Shown: piece after piece, positions 39,226-49,128 of the stretch | Position numbering within the stretch: position 1 is the first letter of the stretch | Layout of the letters: the number at the start of each line of letters is the position of its first letter | From: Spirochaetia bacterium | GTDB lineage: Bacteria > Spirochaetota > Spirochaetia > UBA9216 | NCBI GenBank assembly: GCA_965140585.1 | Contig: OZ223266.1 | Location: forward strand, 79,843 to 143,842 | DNA: 64,000 bases | Direction: 5' to 3' | Program-made: the position numbers and the translations under genes | The notes under the pieces: generated by a model | Databases searched by the model: none | What the model was told of the DNA's origin: nothing | Seen by the model: only the letters and a program-made list of their open reading frames with translations

Positions 39226-40254
39226 TTAATAATCTGAGTCTATAAGATAATCTTCGGTTCTTGATTCAAATACAGTTACGACACCCTGATATTCGTTCAG
39301 GAAATCCCTGTATATGCTGTCATCAGTATTTCTGATATATGCTGTTTTCATTCTTAAATAGAAGGCTCCAATTACATGCTGTCTCATGGAAAGAGCAGAC
39401 AGGGCGTGATGCCTGTAATTGATAACCATTTTGGAAGATGATATTTCAAGAGGTTTCAGCTCTTCAGATTCAAGAGTTTTTGCCTCTTCAACCTTTCCGT
39501 CTTTTATAAGTGCTTTCTGTTTTTCACGCAGTCTGTTTACTTCAGCTGAGGCCTCTTCATGCATCTTTCCCCATTCTTCCATCTCATCAAGCATCTTTAA
39601 AAGACTGGTGTTCATATTGCGAAGAGCTGAGACCGGTTCGGCCATCATTGAATCGATCTTCGAGGCGTTCCAGGCTGAAAAATCAATCTTGCCCTCAAAT
39701 ACATCAAACTTGTCGCCGAGCCTTCCTTCGGCAGACATTTCAACACCTTCGTTTCCGGCAAGGTAAACACTGCTTTCTGTGCCGAATACTTCCACGGCGC
39801 CTGAATCAACAGTGATTAGAGATGAACCGTCCGCACCGGCATATACGGTAAACTCCGTCCCTCGGACTCCCGCAACTGCAGAGGGTGTAGAAATAAGCGG
39901 CTCCTGGGTCATCATATTGAACTTGAACATTACCTGACCTATTGTGGTTGCCGCTACACTCTGCTTATTCCCGTCTACATTACGTTCGCTTAATGAAAAT
40001 ACAGTGTCAGGTGTGATGATTATTCTGCTTCCCTGCTGCGGTTCGAGTTCGGCGGTTCCGTCTTCTCCGGTAATGACTGTATCTCCGGAAACCAGGTGAT
40101 CGCCGATAAACAGTTCATATATATCGCCTCTGCTGTCTTTCATATCGACCCATCCGTCAACATAAACAACATCAGATTCCTGTGCCAAAATGCTGCCTGC
40201 TGATGCTATAAGCAGTATTACCGAGGTAATTGTTAAAAATCCGAACCTTTTCAT
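39226..40254 (-). CDS. Exported FecR-domain protein with C-terminal coiled coil
   Basis: GDTVITGEDGTAEL, ISTPSAVAGVRGTEFTV, VDSGAVEV; helical C-terminal half. Confidence 0.85.
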   Translation of the reverse strand: MKRFGFLTITSVILLIASAGSILAQESDVVYVDGWVDMKDSRGDIYELFIGDHLVSGDTVITGEDGTAELEPQQGSRIIITPDTVFSLSERNVDGNKQSVAATTIGQVMFKFNMMTQEPLISTPSAVAGVRGTEFTVYAGADGSSLITVDSGAVEVFGTESSVYLAGNEGVEMSAEGRLGDKFDVFEGKIDFSAWNASKIDSMMAEPVSALRNMNTSLLKMLDEMEEWGKMHEEASAEVNRLREKQKALIKDGKVEEAKTLESEELKPLEISSSKMVINYRHHALSALSMRQHVIGAFYLRMKTAYIRNTDDSIYRDFLNEYQGVVTVFESRTEDYLIDSDY

Positions 40255-40712
40255 CTTACCGGTCCTCCCCAGGCATAAATCTTTACAGCTCCTTCATCAT
40301 CTTTCCCTGTAAGCAGATAGACAGTTCCGGCCTCGCATCCTATTTCCGCAAGCTTTGCTTTTCCGTCAGGATATTTCTGCAGGAATATCTCGGCTGCCTT
40401 TGATTCCGACGGCCATCGTCCTGTTCCCGGCATGAACTTTTCAACGGATAAAAGAACCGGATTCTCTATCTTGAAACCGGCAGAGATTAGTCCGTTCCAG
40501 AACATGCTGCCCAGCTGTGCCCCCGGCAGAACCTCTCCGTCGACCAGAAGGGGGTCGGAACACATTGAAATTAAAATGTCGCTTTCTCCGCTGTTTATCA
40601 TTCCGATAATTTCGTTAATCTCGCTGCCGCTCACTCCGCCCATGGACGCGCATCCGGATAATATAACAATAATTAGAAGTGATAGTGTTACTAACAGTCT
40701 TTTTTGTTTCAT
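40251..40712 (-). CDS. Hypothetical lipoprotein
   Basis: MKQKR..VILSG-C lipobox; ATGA overlap with the FecR gene. Confidence 0.75.
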   Translation of the reverse strand: MKQKRLLVTLSLLIIVILSGCASMGGVSGSEINEIIGMINSGESDILISMCSDPLLVDGEVLPGAQLGSMFWNGLISAGFKIENPVLLSVEKFMPGTGRWPSESKAAEIFLQKYPDGKAKLAEIGCEAGTVYLLTGKDDEGAVKIYAWGGPVR

Positions 40713-40835
40713 AGAGAAAAGTATAACCCTTTTGATTTGAATTAGCCAGAAAGTAATGACAGACAGGGCTTTGCTTCTGCTATATAATTATTTCTGTACT
40801 GTCATTTAAATTCATAATATTAAAAAGGACACAAT

Positions 40836-41312
40836 TTGGCTTCAATTGCTGATTCAGAAAAAAGAATAAAACTATTACTGTTATGCGCCCTGTTGTTTTT
40901 ACCGGCAGCGGGAAATGCAGTCTGCATGTCAACCGACCTCAGCCTTGGTGTGAATGTTGATGTGACTCCCTATGGTATCGAGATTATTCAGCCGGGTGCG
41001 GCGGTTCATCTGTGGTTTGACGGCAGCTCTGCGTTCTGTCCCGGGCTGTCAGCAGAGTTTTACTACCGGCAGGAAAGATTTGATATGGCCTTTAATCTGA
41101 TCGGCCGATATGATTTTAACGATGCTTCAGCTTTCGCAGGCCTGGGGCTGGTCTATGAGCTGACTGAATCATCTTATGTTTATCCGGAAGCAGAGCTGGG
41201 AGCAAGGTTTGTTTTTGCCGATTTGTTCACGATCAGCCCGCTGCTATCCGTAAGAGTTAAACCCCATGATACAGATACTGATCTCAGGCTTCTGGCCGGA
41301 CTAACTTTTTAG
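40836..41312 (+). CDS. Small secreted protein, probable outer-membrane beta-barrel
   Basis: Signal peptide, alternating amphipathic strands, C-terminal LRLLAGLTF (beta-signal-like). Confidence 0.55.
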   Translation: MASIADSEKRIKLLLLCALLFLPAAGNAVCMSTDLSLGVNVDVTPYGIEIIQPGAAVHLWFDGSSAFCPGLSAEFYYRQERFDMAFNLIGRYDFNDASAFAGLGLVYELTESSYVYPEAELGARFVFADLFTISPLLSVRVKPHDTDTDLRLLAGLTF

Positions 41313-41377
41313 TCGAAAATACTTGATTAAATAGGTAATAAATATATATACTACTAAAAGGGTAATTAAGGTAGAGT

Positions 41378-41824
41378 ATGAAACTATCAACAAGAAGCAG
41401 ATACGGATTAAGATTTTTAACGGAGCTTGCCTCAAGAAATACCAATGAACCCGTCTTCCTCGGGGATATTGCCAAAAAGCAGGATATCTCTGAGAAATAT
41501 CTGAGCAAGCTTGTCATTCCGCTGCGGACAGCGGGGATTTTGACTTCGGTCAGGGGAACACACGGCGGCTATATGCTTTCGAAAGTTCCTTCCGCAGTAA
41601 CTGTCCGTGAAATTGTAGAAGCTCTTGAGGGCGGGCTACAGGTTGTTGAATGTTCAAATTCAAAAGAAGACTGCAGCAGGCTTCCCGGCTGTGCCGTTTC
41701 CGAAATATGGGAAGGGCTGAATAATGTTATATTCGATTACCTTGAAGACATTACGCTTGAGAGCGTTGTTAGGCGATATAAAGAAAAGCAGCGTGAAACG
41801 CTGCCTTTTGTGTATGAAATTTAG
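41378..41824 (+). CDS. Rrf2-family regulator (IscR/CymR-like, three Cys)
   Basis: MKLSTRSRYGLR, ISEKYL, SVRGTHGGY, ECSNSKEDCSRLPGC. Confidence 0.92.
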   Translation: MKLSTRSRYGLRFLTELASRNTNEPVFLGDIAKKQDISEKYLSKLVIPLRTAGILTSVRGTHGGYMLSKVPSAVTVREIVEALEGGLQVVECSNSKEDCSRLPGCAVSEIWEGLNNVIFDYLEDITLESVVRRYKEKQRETLPFVYEI

Positions 41825-41838
41825 GAGACAGCAGACTG

Positions 41839-42903
41839 ATGAAGATAGCGGTGGGCCTTTCCGGCGGGATAGATTCCGCGGTTGCATGCGCCATTCTTAA
41901 GAATGAGGGACATGATGTAACAGCGGTGATGATGACTCTGTGGGACGGTGAATACCGTAAAACGGGTAAACATGCCTGCTTCGGGCCGGATGAACAGGAA
42001 GAGGTAGACAAGGCGGCTGAAATAGCGGAGTTTATAGGCGTGCCCTTTGTGACTCTCGACTGTTCGAAGGAATACAAATCCTCTATTCTTGAATATGTAA
42101 AACGGGAATACCGCTCGGGCCGGACTCCCAATCCCTGTGTGAAATGCAACCACGAAATGAAATTCGGACTTCTACCCGAACTTGTAAGAAGCAGGGGACT
42201 CGATTTTGACCGATTTGCTACCGGTCACTATGTACGTACTGAATATGATCCGGCCACAGGACGGTACAGTCTACTAAGGGGAAAGGATCCCAAAAAAGAC
42301 CAGAGCTACTTTCTATACCGGCTTTCACAGAGGCAGCTGTCCGAATCAATGTTTCCGCTGGGAATGACGACAAAGATAAAGGTTCGTGCTCTGGCCGCGG
42401 AATTAGGTCTGCCTGTAGCTGATATTCCTGAAAGCCAGGATTTTTATTCAGGCGATATGGCTGATATAATAGGGGAAGAACCCTCCGGTGATATCGTAGA
42501 TAAAACAGGCAGAGTTCTGGGCAGGCATCGCGGGATCAGCAAGTTTACAATAGGACAGCGTAAGGGGCTTGGAATATCCTCATGTGAACCCCTCTATGTC
42601 ACAGGAATTGATTCGCAGGAAAACAGGATAATAGTAGGTTCATCTGAAGAAGCTGTTAAAAGCCAATTCACAACTTATGATACTGTATTTTCTTCCGTAG
42701 AGAATATTTCCGGATATATCAATGTTTCTGCAAAAATTCGTTCCGCAGGAAACGAGTACCCGGCAGTAATCTCGCTGACTGAAGTTCCCGGAGTTCTGAA
42801 TGTGTCTGCAGAGTCAGGCTTGTTTGCAGTTACTCCCGGACAGTCTGCGGTTTTTTATAAGGATGATAAGGTGCTTTGCGGCGGGGTGATCAACCCTGCA
42901 TAA
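41839..42903 (+). CDS. mnmA: tRNA 2-thiouridine(34) synthase
   Basis: GLSGGIDSAV, TPNPCVKCN, ATGHY, KDQSYFL, TIGQRKGLG, TPGQSAVFY. Confidence 0.95.
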   Translation: MKIAVGLSGGIDSAVACAILKNEGHDVTAVMMTLWDGEYRKTGKHACFGPDEQEEVDKAAEIAEFIGVPFVTLDCSKEYKSSILEYVKREYRSGRTPNPCVKCNHEMKFGLLPELVRSRGLDFDRFATGHYVRTEYDPATGRYSLLRGKDPKKDQSYFLYRLSQRQLSESMFPLGMTTKIKVRALAAELGLPVADIPESQDFYSGDMADIIGEEPSGDIVDKTGRVLGRHRGISKFTIGQRKGLGISSCEPLYVTGIDSQENRIIVGSSEEAVKSQFTTYDTVFSSVENISGYINVSAKIRSAGNEYPAVISLTEVPGVLNVSAESGLFAVTPGQSAVFYKDDKVLCGGVINPA

Positions 42904-42956
42904 TTTTTATGTATGATATACTGCCAAAAAGGTCTAATAGGTAGATAGGAGATGTT

Positions 42957-43880
42957 ATGGCAATTTATAATAATTTAACTGAATTAATAGGCAATACGCC
43001 TCTGGTACGGCTGAACAAGCTTACAGAAGGACTCAAGGCTGAGGTTATAGTGAAGCTTGAATCTTTTAATCCTTTCTCAAGTGTGAAGGACAGAATCGGG
43101 TTTGCACTGATTGAAGATGCTGAAAAGCAGGGGCTTTTAAACTCTGACAGTGTTATTATTGAACCAACGAGCGGTAATACCGGTATTGCACTCGCTTTCA
43201 TATCGGCAGTAAAGGGCTACAGAGTCATTCTTACAATGCCCGACACCATGAGTATTGAGAGACGCAAGCTTTTAAAAAGTCTGGGTGCTGAACTTGTGCT
43301 TACTCCGGGAGCTCAGGGTATGAACGGGGCCATCCTCCGCTCTGAAGAGTTAGCCCGGCAATATCCAAACTCTTTTATACCGGGGCAGTTTAAAAACCCG
43401 GCAAATCCGGATTTCCATTTTCATACAACCGCAGAAGAAATCTGGAAAGATACCGGAGGTGAACTTGATATCTTTGTGGCCGGTGTCGGCACCGGCGGTA
43501 CGATTAGCGGAGTAGGGCGAGGGCTGAAGAAGCATCGAGCTGATATTAAGATTGTAGCCGTTGAGCCTGACTCTTCACCTGTCATTTCAGGCGGCAGTCC
43601 CGGACCTCATAAAATACAGGGAATTGGTGCCGGATTTATTCCAACTAATCTTGATACATCAGTAATTGATAATATTATTCGTGTTACCGATTCAGAGGCA
43701 GGAGAAACAGCCCGGAGACTTGCTAAAAATGAAGGTATTCTTGCAGGAATCTCATCGGGGGCTGCTCTCTCTGCGGCATTAAAGCTGGCTGACCAGGACG
43801 GGAATGAAGGAAAACGGATAGTTGTTCTTCTTCCGGATACCGGAGAACGCTATCTGTCTACCTGGCTTTTTGAGGAATAA
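42957..43880 (+). CDS. cysK: Cysteine synthase A
   Basis: [42 protein letters not shown]. Confidence 0.97.
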   Translation: MAIYNNLTELIGNTPLVRLNKLTEGLKAEVIVKLESFNPFSSVKDRIGFALIEDAEKQGLLNSDSVIIEPTSGNTGIALAFISAVKGYRVILTMPDTMSIERRKLLKSLGAELVLTPGAQGMNGAILRSEELARQYPNSFIPGQFKNPANPDFHFHTTAEEIWKDTGGELDIFVAGVGTGGTISGVGRGLKKHRADIKIVAVEPDSSPVISGGSPGPHKIQGIGAGFIPTNLDTSVIDNIIRVTDSEAGETARRLAKNEGILAGISSGAALSAALKLADQDGNEGKRIVVLLPDTGERYLSTWLFEE

Positions 43881-43894
43881 TATTTCTCCCTTTC

Positions 43895-43923
43895 TTGACT
43901 ATATATAGAAATAAATATATATT
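43895..43923 (+). promoter_or_regulatory. Sigma70 promoter of the symporter gene
   Basis: TTGACT-N17-TATATT, followed by the palindrome ATTAAACC-N15-GGTTTAAT. Confidence 0.6.
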
Positions 43924-43970
43924 AAACCATGTTGATATGGCAGGGTTTAATTTCAGAGGAGGGGGATACC

Positions 43971-44954
43971 ATGTTTAAAATTCTTCAGAGAATCCAAAAA
44001 AATCTAATAATTGCTGTACCGGTAGTTATGGCAGCGGGTATAATATTCGGCTTATTATTTGAAAATGTTTCATTTCTTCAGAACCTTGTACTGCCGTTTA
44101 CCTTCCTAATGGTATACCCAATGATGGTTACCGTTCAGCTGAAGAAAATTGTTGCAAAAGGAGATTTCAAGCTCCAGCTGCTCACTCAGCTGATCAATTT
44201 TGCAATAATTCCTTTTATAGCCTTTTTTATCGGGAAGATTTTTTTCGGAGGGAATCCATATTTCAGCCTTGGAATCCTGCTCGTAGCACTTCTTCCGACA
44301 TCCGGAATGACAATCTCCTGGACCGGGATGTCTAAGGGGAACGTGGAAGCCGCTGTAAAGATGACTGTTTTCGGTTTGATTATTGGTTCACTGCTAACCC
44401 CTTTTTATATTAAAGCCCTTCTCGGTGCGGAAATATCAATCCCTCTGACAAAAATATTTACACAGATAGCAATCATTGTTGTGGCTCCTCTTCTTGCCGG
44501 CTGGCTTACCCAGACTCTTATAATAAAACGGGTTGGGGCTGTTAAGTATAACAGTGATGTAAAGAAGATTTTTCCTCCGATCTCCACCCTTGGTGTACTC
44601 GCGATAGTTTTTGTGGCAATGGCTTTAAAGGCAAAATCAATAGCTTCGGATCCACTTAAATTTGTATCGCTTATACCGCCGCTTTTGATTCTTTATTTCA
44701 TAAATCTGGTAATCAGCACATTTGCTGCAAAACGCTTTTTTAACAAGGAAGACGGTCTGGCTCTGGTTTACGGAACAGTACTCAGAAATCTCTCCATAGC
44801 CCTGGCAATAGCCATGACAACCTTCGGAAGGGAAGGGGCGGACATTGCTCTAATAATCGCACTTGGCTACATCATCCAGATTCAGCTTTCCTCCTGGTAT
44901 GTAAAATTGTCTCCCGTTATTTTCAGTGAAAAAAAATCAGCAGCTAATACCTAA
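43971..44954 (+). CDS. Acr3/bile acid:sodium symporter (BART) family transporter
   Basis: FLMVYPMM, LLPTSGMTISWT, RNLSIALAIA; about 10 TM; ATG 43971 has a GAGGAGG SD. Confidence 0.85.
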   Translation: MFKILQRIQKNLIIAVPVVMAAGIIFGLLFENVSFLQNLVLPFTFLMVYPMMVTVQLKKIVAKGDFKLQLLTQLINFAIIPFIAFFIGKIFFGGNPYFSLGILLVALLPTSGMTISWTGMSKGNVEAAVKMTVFGLIIGSLLTPFYIKALLGAEISIPLTKIFTQIAIIVVAPLLAGWLTQTLIIKRVGAVKYNSDVKKIFPPISTLGVLAIVFVAMALKAKSIASDPLKFVSLIPPLLILYFINLVISTFAAKRFFNKEDGLALVYGTVLRNLSIALAIAMTTFGREGADIALIIALGYIIQIQLSSWYVKLSPVIFSEKKSAANT

Positions 44955-45006
44955 TAGGCTGACTGAGGTTTGCATATATGCCAAATAAATCTTAGAATTG
45001 ACCTGT

Positions 45007-46662
45007 ATGGAGATATTTCCGCATACTGACAGGTTAGAGAATCTGCATCCCTTCAGGCTGCTTCTAAGATTTATACTGCTCTCTGTTATCCTGATTCTTG
45101 TTTTTCTGTTTATTTCATACCTGATTCTAAAAAGAAACGGTGATGATAATTTAAATATTTATTTCAACAGCCTCTATATGCACACTAAAAATGCGTCGGA
45201 ACGGTTTATAGAAGATAATATCAACAGTATGAAAACAATTGCCGGATTTGAACCGGTGCATAAATTTTTTAAAGACTTTGAAATAAAAGCAAACTATGTT
45301 GAGTCTTCCACCGGGGAGCCCATTTTTTTTTCAGAAATGCCCATCCCGATCAAGCTTATTTCAAGAGACGGTTTTTTTGTAATTGCCGGGGTCGACCGGG
45401 GCCCTCTAGTAAGCTATCCTGATTTTGATAAAATCAGGACGATGGTGGATCAGGGGCATACCGCCGGGCATTTCATTGTTGTTAATCATCAGACTCCTGC
45501 ATTCGGACGAGGCCCGGACAGTACTATAGCTGTAATTTTTGTACAGGTTACTGATTCAGAGAAGGAAGTACTGGGTTATCTTGTGAATGAAGTTAACCTT
45601 GAAATGCTCGGGTTAAATATGCAGGATCCCGGGATTGCAGATATTGGGAGCGATGAAGGTTTTTACACGATATACAAAAAACTTGATTTTTATTTTATTG
45701 ATGAATACGGCAGGCCCATCACAAAACTGCTCTATGCTGCCGAATATCAGAATAAACTGATCAGTGCCGGGGTGGGAAGTAATTATCATGATCTACCAAT
45801 TTATAATCCCTCCAGCCCCACCTCTCTTAACGGAGAAAGCAATATTTTTCTCATAAAGCAATTGATAAATGACCATCCGGGAGAACTCGTTCGTAACTTA
45901 AAACCGTATAAAAATTATTCCGGTTTAAGGGTTGAAGGAGGAGTATTCTGGCTGGAGAGTCTGAATGCCGGAGTTGTAATGGAGCTTGATGCTTCAGCCG
46001 CCTTTAGTCCCTATGTATATACTATGTCGATAATTCTGCTTATTTTGATTCTCTCATTTATTGTCTTTCTCTACCTGATTTTATGGATAAACAAACTTAG
46101 AATGCGTGCGCTTAATGCAAACCCGCTGACAAAATTACCGGGTAACACGGAAATTAACAGCCGTTTACAATCATTGATAGATAAAAGACAGGCGGTGACA
46201 GTTGTTTATGCGGATCTTGATAATTTTAAGGCTTACAATGATTTATATGGTTTTTCAATGGGCGATGAAGTAATTAAATTCACTGCAGATCTATTAAAAA
46301 GTTATATAGGCGGATTCCCTTCAAAGCTTTCATTCTGCGGCCATATCGGAGGCGATGATTTTATTTTTGTTATTCCGGAAACCCATGCAGAAGAGACCTC
46401 GTCGCTGATAGCTGAACAATTCGATGCCGGAATCAGAAAGTTTTATAAAGCAGGGCATCTTGAAAACGGCTACATAGAAGAAAAAAACAGGGAGGGCGTA
46501 ATGCAGCGCTTTCCCCTTATTGGACTGAGCATGGCAGGAGTTGAATTAAGCAAAATCAGTTTCAAGCATTACCTGGAGGTTTCTAACCGCTGCGGTGAAC
46601 TGAAAAAACTGGCTAAAAAACAGGTTGGAAGCTGCTTTGTAATGGAAAGACGGCATTTATAA
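45007..46662 (+). CDS. Membrane-bound diguanylate cyclase (Cache-like sensor, GGDDF)
   Basis: Two TM; NANPLTKLPGN, DLDNFKAYNDLYG, GHIGGDDF. Confidence 0.88.
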   Translation: MEIFPHTDRLENLHPFRLLLRFILLSVILILVFLFISYLILKRNGDDNLNIYFNSLYMHTKNASERFIEDNINSMKTIAGFEPVHKFFKDFEIKANYVESSTGEPIFFSEMPIPIKLISRDGFFVIAGVDRGPLVSYPDFDKIRTMVDQGHTAGHFIVVNHQTPAFGRGPDSTIAVIFVQVTDSEKEVLGYLVNEVNLEMLGLNMQDPGIADIGSDEGFYTIYKKLDFYFIDEYGRPITKLLYAAEYQNKLISAGVGSNYHDLPIYNPSSPTSLNGESNIFLIKQLINDHPGELVRNLKPYKNYSGLRVEGGVFWLESLNAGVVMELDASAAFSPYVYTMSIILLILILSFIVFLYLILWINKLRMRALNANPLTKLPGNTEINSRLQSLIDKRQAVTVVYADLDNFKAYNDLYGFSMGDEVIKFTADLLKSYIGGFPSKLSFCGHIGGDDFIFVIPETHAEETSSLIAEQFDAGIRKFYKAGHLENGYIEEKNREGVMQRFPLIGLSMAGVELSKISFKHYLEVSNRCGELKKLAKKQVGSCFVMERRHL

Positions 46663-46766
46663 CAAATACAACAACTCGTTTCCGTACGTTTTTGTACAGA
46701 AACGTCTTATAAAAAAAATAATGTATATAATCTGAACTATAATTAACCCGTTACAGGAGAAAAATT

Positions 46767-47819
46767 ATGACAAAACGGGTTTCATTTATTTTGAGTTTAC
46801 TTCTTATTGCAGGCAGCCTGGCTGTTTTCACAGGCTGTGACCCAAATGCCATCACATCACCGGACGGTTCAGAGACTGACAGCAGCGAAGGATCCACAAG
46901 TCCGACAGCCACCAGCGGTTATACAGTTGTATTCACTGGTGAACTTCACGAAGACTGGGTTAATAATCCTTATGACACGTACGTATATGCAAAAAGCTAT
47001 TCACCAAGTGATATCATCTGGAATGACGCTGATCTCACACTTTCCGACGGCGGCGATACACTCCTTTCGAGCTCTAATTATTCGGATGTAAATGATAATT
47101 CATGCACTGTTAAGGCAAGTTCGGAAATTAACTCAAATGGAGCCGTAAAGCTCTATTCCTCTCAGGAATCCTCTACAAAAAGCGGGCTCTCTTCCGACTT
47201 CGATTGCAGTAATTCAGGTCATGCCCGAAACGACCTTATAATCAAGGCTGTGTCAAACAAGTCGGCAACTACCCGTATACAGTTTTCGGGAAGTCTAAGC
47301 ATGAGCGGCTTTATCAGATTTAATATAAGCAATGAGGGTGATGAAGCCTTTGATGCACAGGCCGGAGCTTCGGTCGGTTTTTCACTTGCTGTCTGGGACA
47401 CATATATCGGCCGATATGGAGAGTCACGTGAAGAATACCTTCAGCTGGACGGTGCCGAGGCCGGATATGAAGTAGACGGACATGCGGTATTCAGCAGAAG
47501 CATGGATGTGAATGATGGAGTAGATGGTGATACATCTGAAAGCAGCGGTGAATTTGCGGGCAGGGTATCTGCCGGCGATTCTTTTACTGATGTTCCATCT
47601 TCAGTGGATTATTTATTTGAAATTGAACCTGATGAAATCAAGGTTATTAGAAGTTCCGCCAGTGCTTCCACCTGGGCTGATCATGCTGATTCCCAGGATG
47701 ACTGTTCAGTAAATGCTGAAGCAAGCATCAGTATAAGCGGAGTGCTGCAAGACTTTTTGGCTGTGGACCCGGATAATCCTGATGCAATAATAACTGTGTA
47801 TGTTTACAGAGCGGAGTAG
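46767..47819 (+). CDS. Ser/Asp-rich orphan lipoprotein
   Basis: Lipobox VFTG-C, S/T-rich linker, beta-rich body; AGGAG SD. Confidence 0.75.
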   Translation: MTKRVSFILSLLLIAGSLAVFTGCDPNAITSPDGSETDSSEGSTSPTATSGYTVVFTGELHEDWVNNPYDTYVYAKSYSPSDIIWNDADLTLSDGGDTLLSSSNYSDVNDNSCTVKASSEINSNGAVKLYSSQESSTKSGLSSDFDCSNSGHARNDLIIKAVSNKSATTRIQFSGSLSMSGFIRFNISNEGDEAFDAQAGASVGFSLAVWDTYIGRYGESREEYLQLDGAEAGYEVDGHAVFSRSMDVNDGVDGDTSESSGEFAGRVSAGDSFTDVPSSVDYLFEIEPDEIKVIRSSASASTWADHADSQDDCSVNAEASISISGVLQDFLAVDPDNPDAIITVYVYRAE

Positions 47820-47843
47820 CGCTTTATATCCTGTTTTTCATAT

Positions 47844-47883
47844 AAAAAATGGCTGGTCAGGTGTTATTCCCGGCCAGCCATTT
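47844..47883. terminator. Terminator between the convergent lipoprotein and sugar SBP genes
   Basis: AAATGGCTGGTC...GGCCAGCCATTT. Confidence 0.7.
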
Positions 47884-47926
47884 ATATTCTTCCGGATTAT
47901 ATCAGATAAACCGGGTTGCTGAAATA

Positions 47927-49051
47927 TCAGTCGTAAAGAAGACCTTCAATATCAGCATCATCCATATTGTCCTTTGTATAGAACTTGGCACCAGTATCTA
48001 CATCAGATACTGATTTGCCCTGGTATGCTGTGAAAGCAAGTTCAACTGCCTTGTAGCCGATTGAGTACGGATCCTGGGTGATTGAACCGAGGAAGTACTG
48101 GTTTCTAACTGCATTTTTCTGGCCTTCACCGGCATCAAAACCGATAACCACAAGACCTTCATACATTGCAGGAAGATCTGCACCGTCGTTAGTTGCTGCA
48201 AGGATACCTTTTACAGTTGCTTCGTTTGAACAGAATACGCCGACTATATTGGCTTCTTCTACTTTGTTAAGAACTGCTGTAGAAGCTGCTGCTGCATCAG
48301 TTGCTGCTGCTGAAGCAGGAACAACCATATCTATCATAACCTTTTTACCCTTGGTAGGATTCTTTGAATCAACATAGGCGGGGTTACCCATAACTTTAAT
48401 GTCGTCTGCAGTGAGATCTGTATTGTTGATAATGAGATCAACCATGGTATCTCTGAATCCCTTACCTCTGGAGAGGAGTGATTCACCGGCTGCATCCTGG
48501 TTCATAACTACGATAGTTACAGGACTTGCATCGGTTGCTGCCTTGATTTTGTCGCCGATAACTTCAAACATCTTCTTTGCGGCCATTCCAGCGGCATTGT
48601 AGTTGTCTGTTGAAGCGTTAGCATAGATAGCTCCTGCAGGAGCATTGGGAACACCTGAGTCAAAACCAATTACAGGAATTCCGTTGTCTTTACACTGCTG
48701 AAGCTGGTCCATTACAGATGTTGTATCCAGTGCGGCAAGGGCTATAGCTACAGGATTCTTAGCCATTGCGTTATTAAGCATTTCTACCTGGATCTGAACA
48801 TCACTTTCTGAAGGTGGTCCTTCAAAAGTAATATCAACACCGTACTTGTCTGCAGCTGCGTTGGCTCCTTTCTTAACCTGCTGCCAGAAATCATGCTGTT
48901 CGCCTTTTGAAACTACCGCTATATAGGGAGTTTCAGCTTTGGCTGTCTTTGCTTCACCGCCTCCGTCATCCTTTTTACAGGAAACCGTGGAGAAAGCTGC
49001 AAGAACTACTGCCAGTAGAACCAGAATGCCAGCTCTTTTGAAAATTTTCAT
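47927..49051 (-). CDS. Monosaccharide ABC transporter substrate-binding lipoprotein (RbsB-like)
   Basis: Lipobox STVS-C, IAVVSKGEQHDFWQQV, IGFDSG, ITQDPYSIGY; AGGAGG SD. Confidence 0.9.
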   Translation of the reverse strand: MKIFKRAGILVLLAVVLAAFSTVSCKKDDGGGEAKTAKAETPYIAVVSKGEQHDFWQQVKKGANAAADKYGVDITFEGPPSESDVQIQVEMLNNAMAKNPVAIALAALDTTSVMDQLQQCKDNGIPVIGFDSGVPNAPAGAIYANASTDNYNAAGMAAKKMFEVIGDKIKAATDASPVTIVVMNQDAAGESLLSRGKGFRDTMVDLIINNTDLTADDIKVMGNPAYVDSKNPTKGKKVMIDMVVPASAAATDAAAASTAVLNKVEEANIVGVFCSNEATVKGILAATNDGADLPAMYEGLVVIGFDAGEGQKNAVRNQYFLGSITQDPYSIGYKAVELAFTAYQGKSVSDVDTGAKFYTKDNMDDADIEGLLYD

Positions 49052-49128
49052 AAAAATCCTCCTATAATTAACCCGCATACGCGAGTCTATCCCCGAATAC
49101 TCGGGTGAATCCCGTTAACCGGGATAAT

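Noticed and set aside
43971-44954. Arsenic resistance locus
   Set aside because: Lacks the Acr3 catalytic Cys and any ars genes
44970-44985. Sigma54-like TTGGCATATATGCAA on the minus strand
   Set aside because: GG-to-GC spacing is 7 rather than 10 and it points into the end of a gene; better explained as the -35 region of the GGDEF promoter
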